Source of the DNA: a virus
Lineage: Duplodnaviria; Caudoviricetes
Direction: 5' to 3' (one strand)
Virus record (IMG/VR): IMGVR_UViG_3300021091_000011
Length of the DNA: 64,000 nt
Made by a program: the position numbers and the translations under genes. Below the pieces are notes generated by a model. It made no database searches. It saw nothing but the letters and a program-made list of their open reading frames with translations, and was not told the origin of the DNA. This document shows, one piece after another, positions 63,673 to 64,000 of the stretch. The stretch's first letter is position 1. Every line of letters begins with the position of its first letter.

Positions 63673-64000
63673 TTAGAACGTGATGCGCCAAGTGATCGAG
63701 AGCCGAGCCGTAGCAGGGCAACTAAGCACGGCGAAGGTCAAATAGTTCACGAGGATGTCGTAAACCGTAAGATCAACCGTCGTGTCTCGCGTCGGGAAGG
63801 TATTGGGGTTCGGATTCGTGGTCAGCGGGTTCGCTGAGATCGTCGAAAGAATCCCCATCTCGTTCAAAGGTCCAACGGCTTCACCCTCGTCAAACGTGCA
63901 GGTGAAGTCCACGATGTTCGTCGGGATCGCCACGGCATTACCCGAGCCATCACGAAACGTCGTGGTCGAAAACGGCTTCCGCGCGATTTCCGCGTTAAGT
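63673..64000 (-). CDS. C-terminal part of a baseplate/tail-fibre-attachment-like protein, truncated by the window edge
   Basis: The frame stays open to 64000: LNAEIARKPF...TNIVDFTCTFDEGEAVGPLNEMG...RLSITWRITF. Confidence 0.5.
   Translation of the reverse strand, partial: LNAEIARKPFSTTTFRDGSGNAVAIPTNIVDFTCTFDEGEAVGPLNEMGILSTISANPLTTNPNPNTFPTRDTTVDLTVYDILVNYLTFAVLSCPATARLSITWRITF

Noticed and set aside
1-64000. Alternative genetic code (stop-codon reassignment), as in some jumbo phages
   Set aside because: Large genes of 1000-1700 aa are intact under the standard code, and TAG, TGA and TAA all end genes at tight overlaps.
1-64000. tRNA or structured ncRNA genes
   Set aside because: Intergenic gaps are mostly under 150 bp, and no T-loop (GTTCRAATC) cloverleaf was seen by eye. 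A tRNAscan-SE/Infernal run would be needed to exclude them.

Overview
This 64-kb window looks like part of a large lytic tailed-phage genome, most likely a jumbo myovirus of an unknown, fairly GC-rich host. Most genes are on the minus strand. They include a contractile-tail and baseplate module (tail tube, two chaperone-like paralogs, tape measure, tube-initiator paralogs, hub, spike, gp25-like wedge, baseplate J; 865-21972) and further putative virion genes (34-38 kb, 42-49 kb, 52-64 kb). Also present are an ECF-like sigma factor, thymidine kinase, thermonuclease, an Hc1-like protein, a tandem cold-shock protein, an SNF2 helicase and three peptidoglycan hydrolases. Four less ordinary structures stand out. 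(1) A beta-class amino-DNA-methyltransferase is split into separate overlapping genes: catalytic half, SAM-binding half, and three paralogous middle modules bounded by direct repeats (27050-29739). (2) Nine copies of a bipartite 44-bp element occur, six of them paired into three exactly 99-bp bidirectional cassettes, each at the centre of an island of small accessory genes. (3) A second motif, TAAYRCGGCTATC, lies upstream of five minus-strand genes, four of them putative virion genes, and is always followed by a hairpin near the start codon. (4) Several putative virion proteins share short R-V-A-x-R-Y and [RK]-x-A-[SA] motifs. Product calls come from motif recognition by eye; no database searches were run. 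No tRNA, rRNA, CRISPR array, integrase or reverse transcriptase was recognised.
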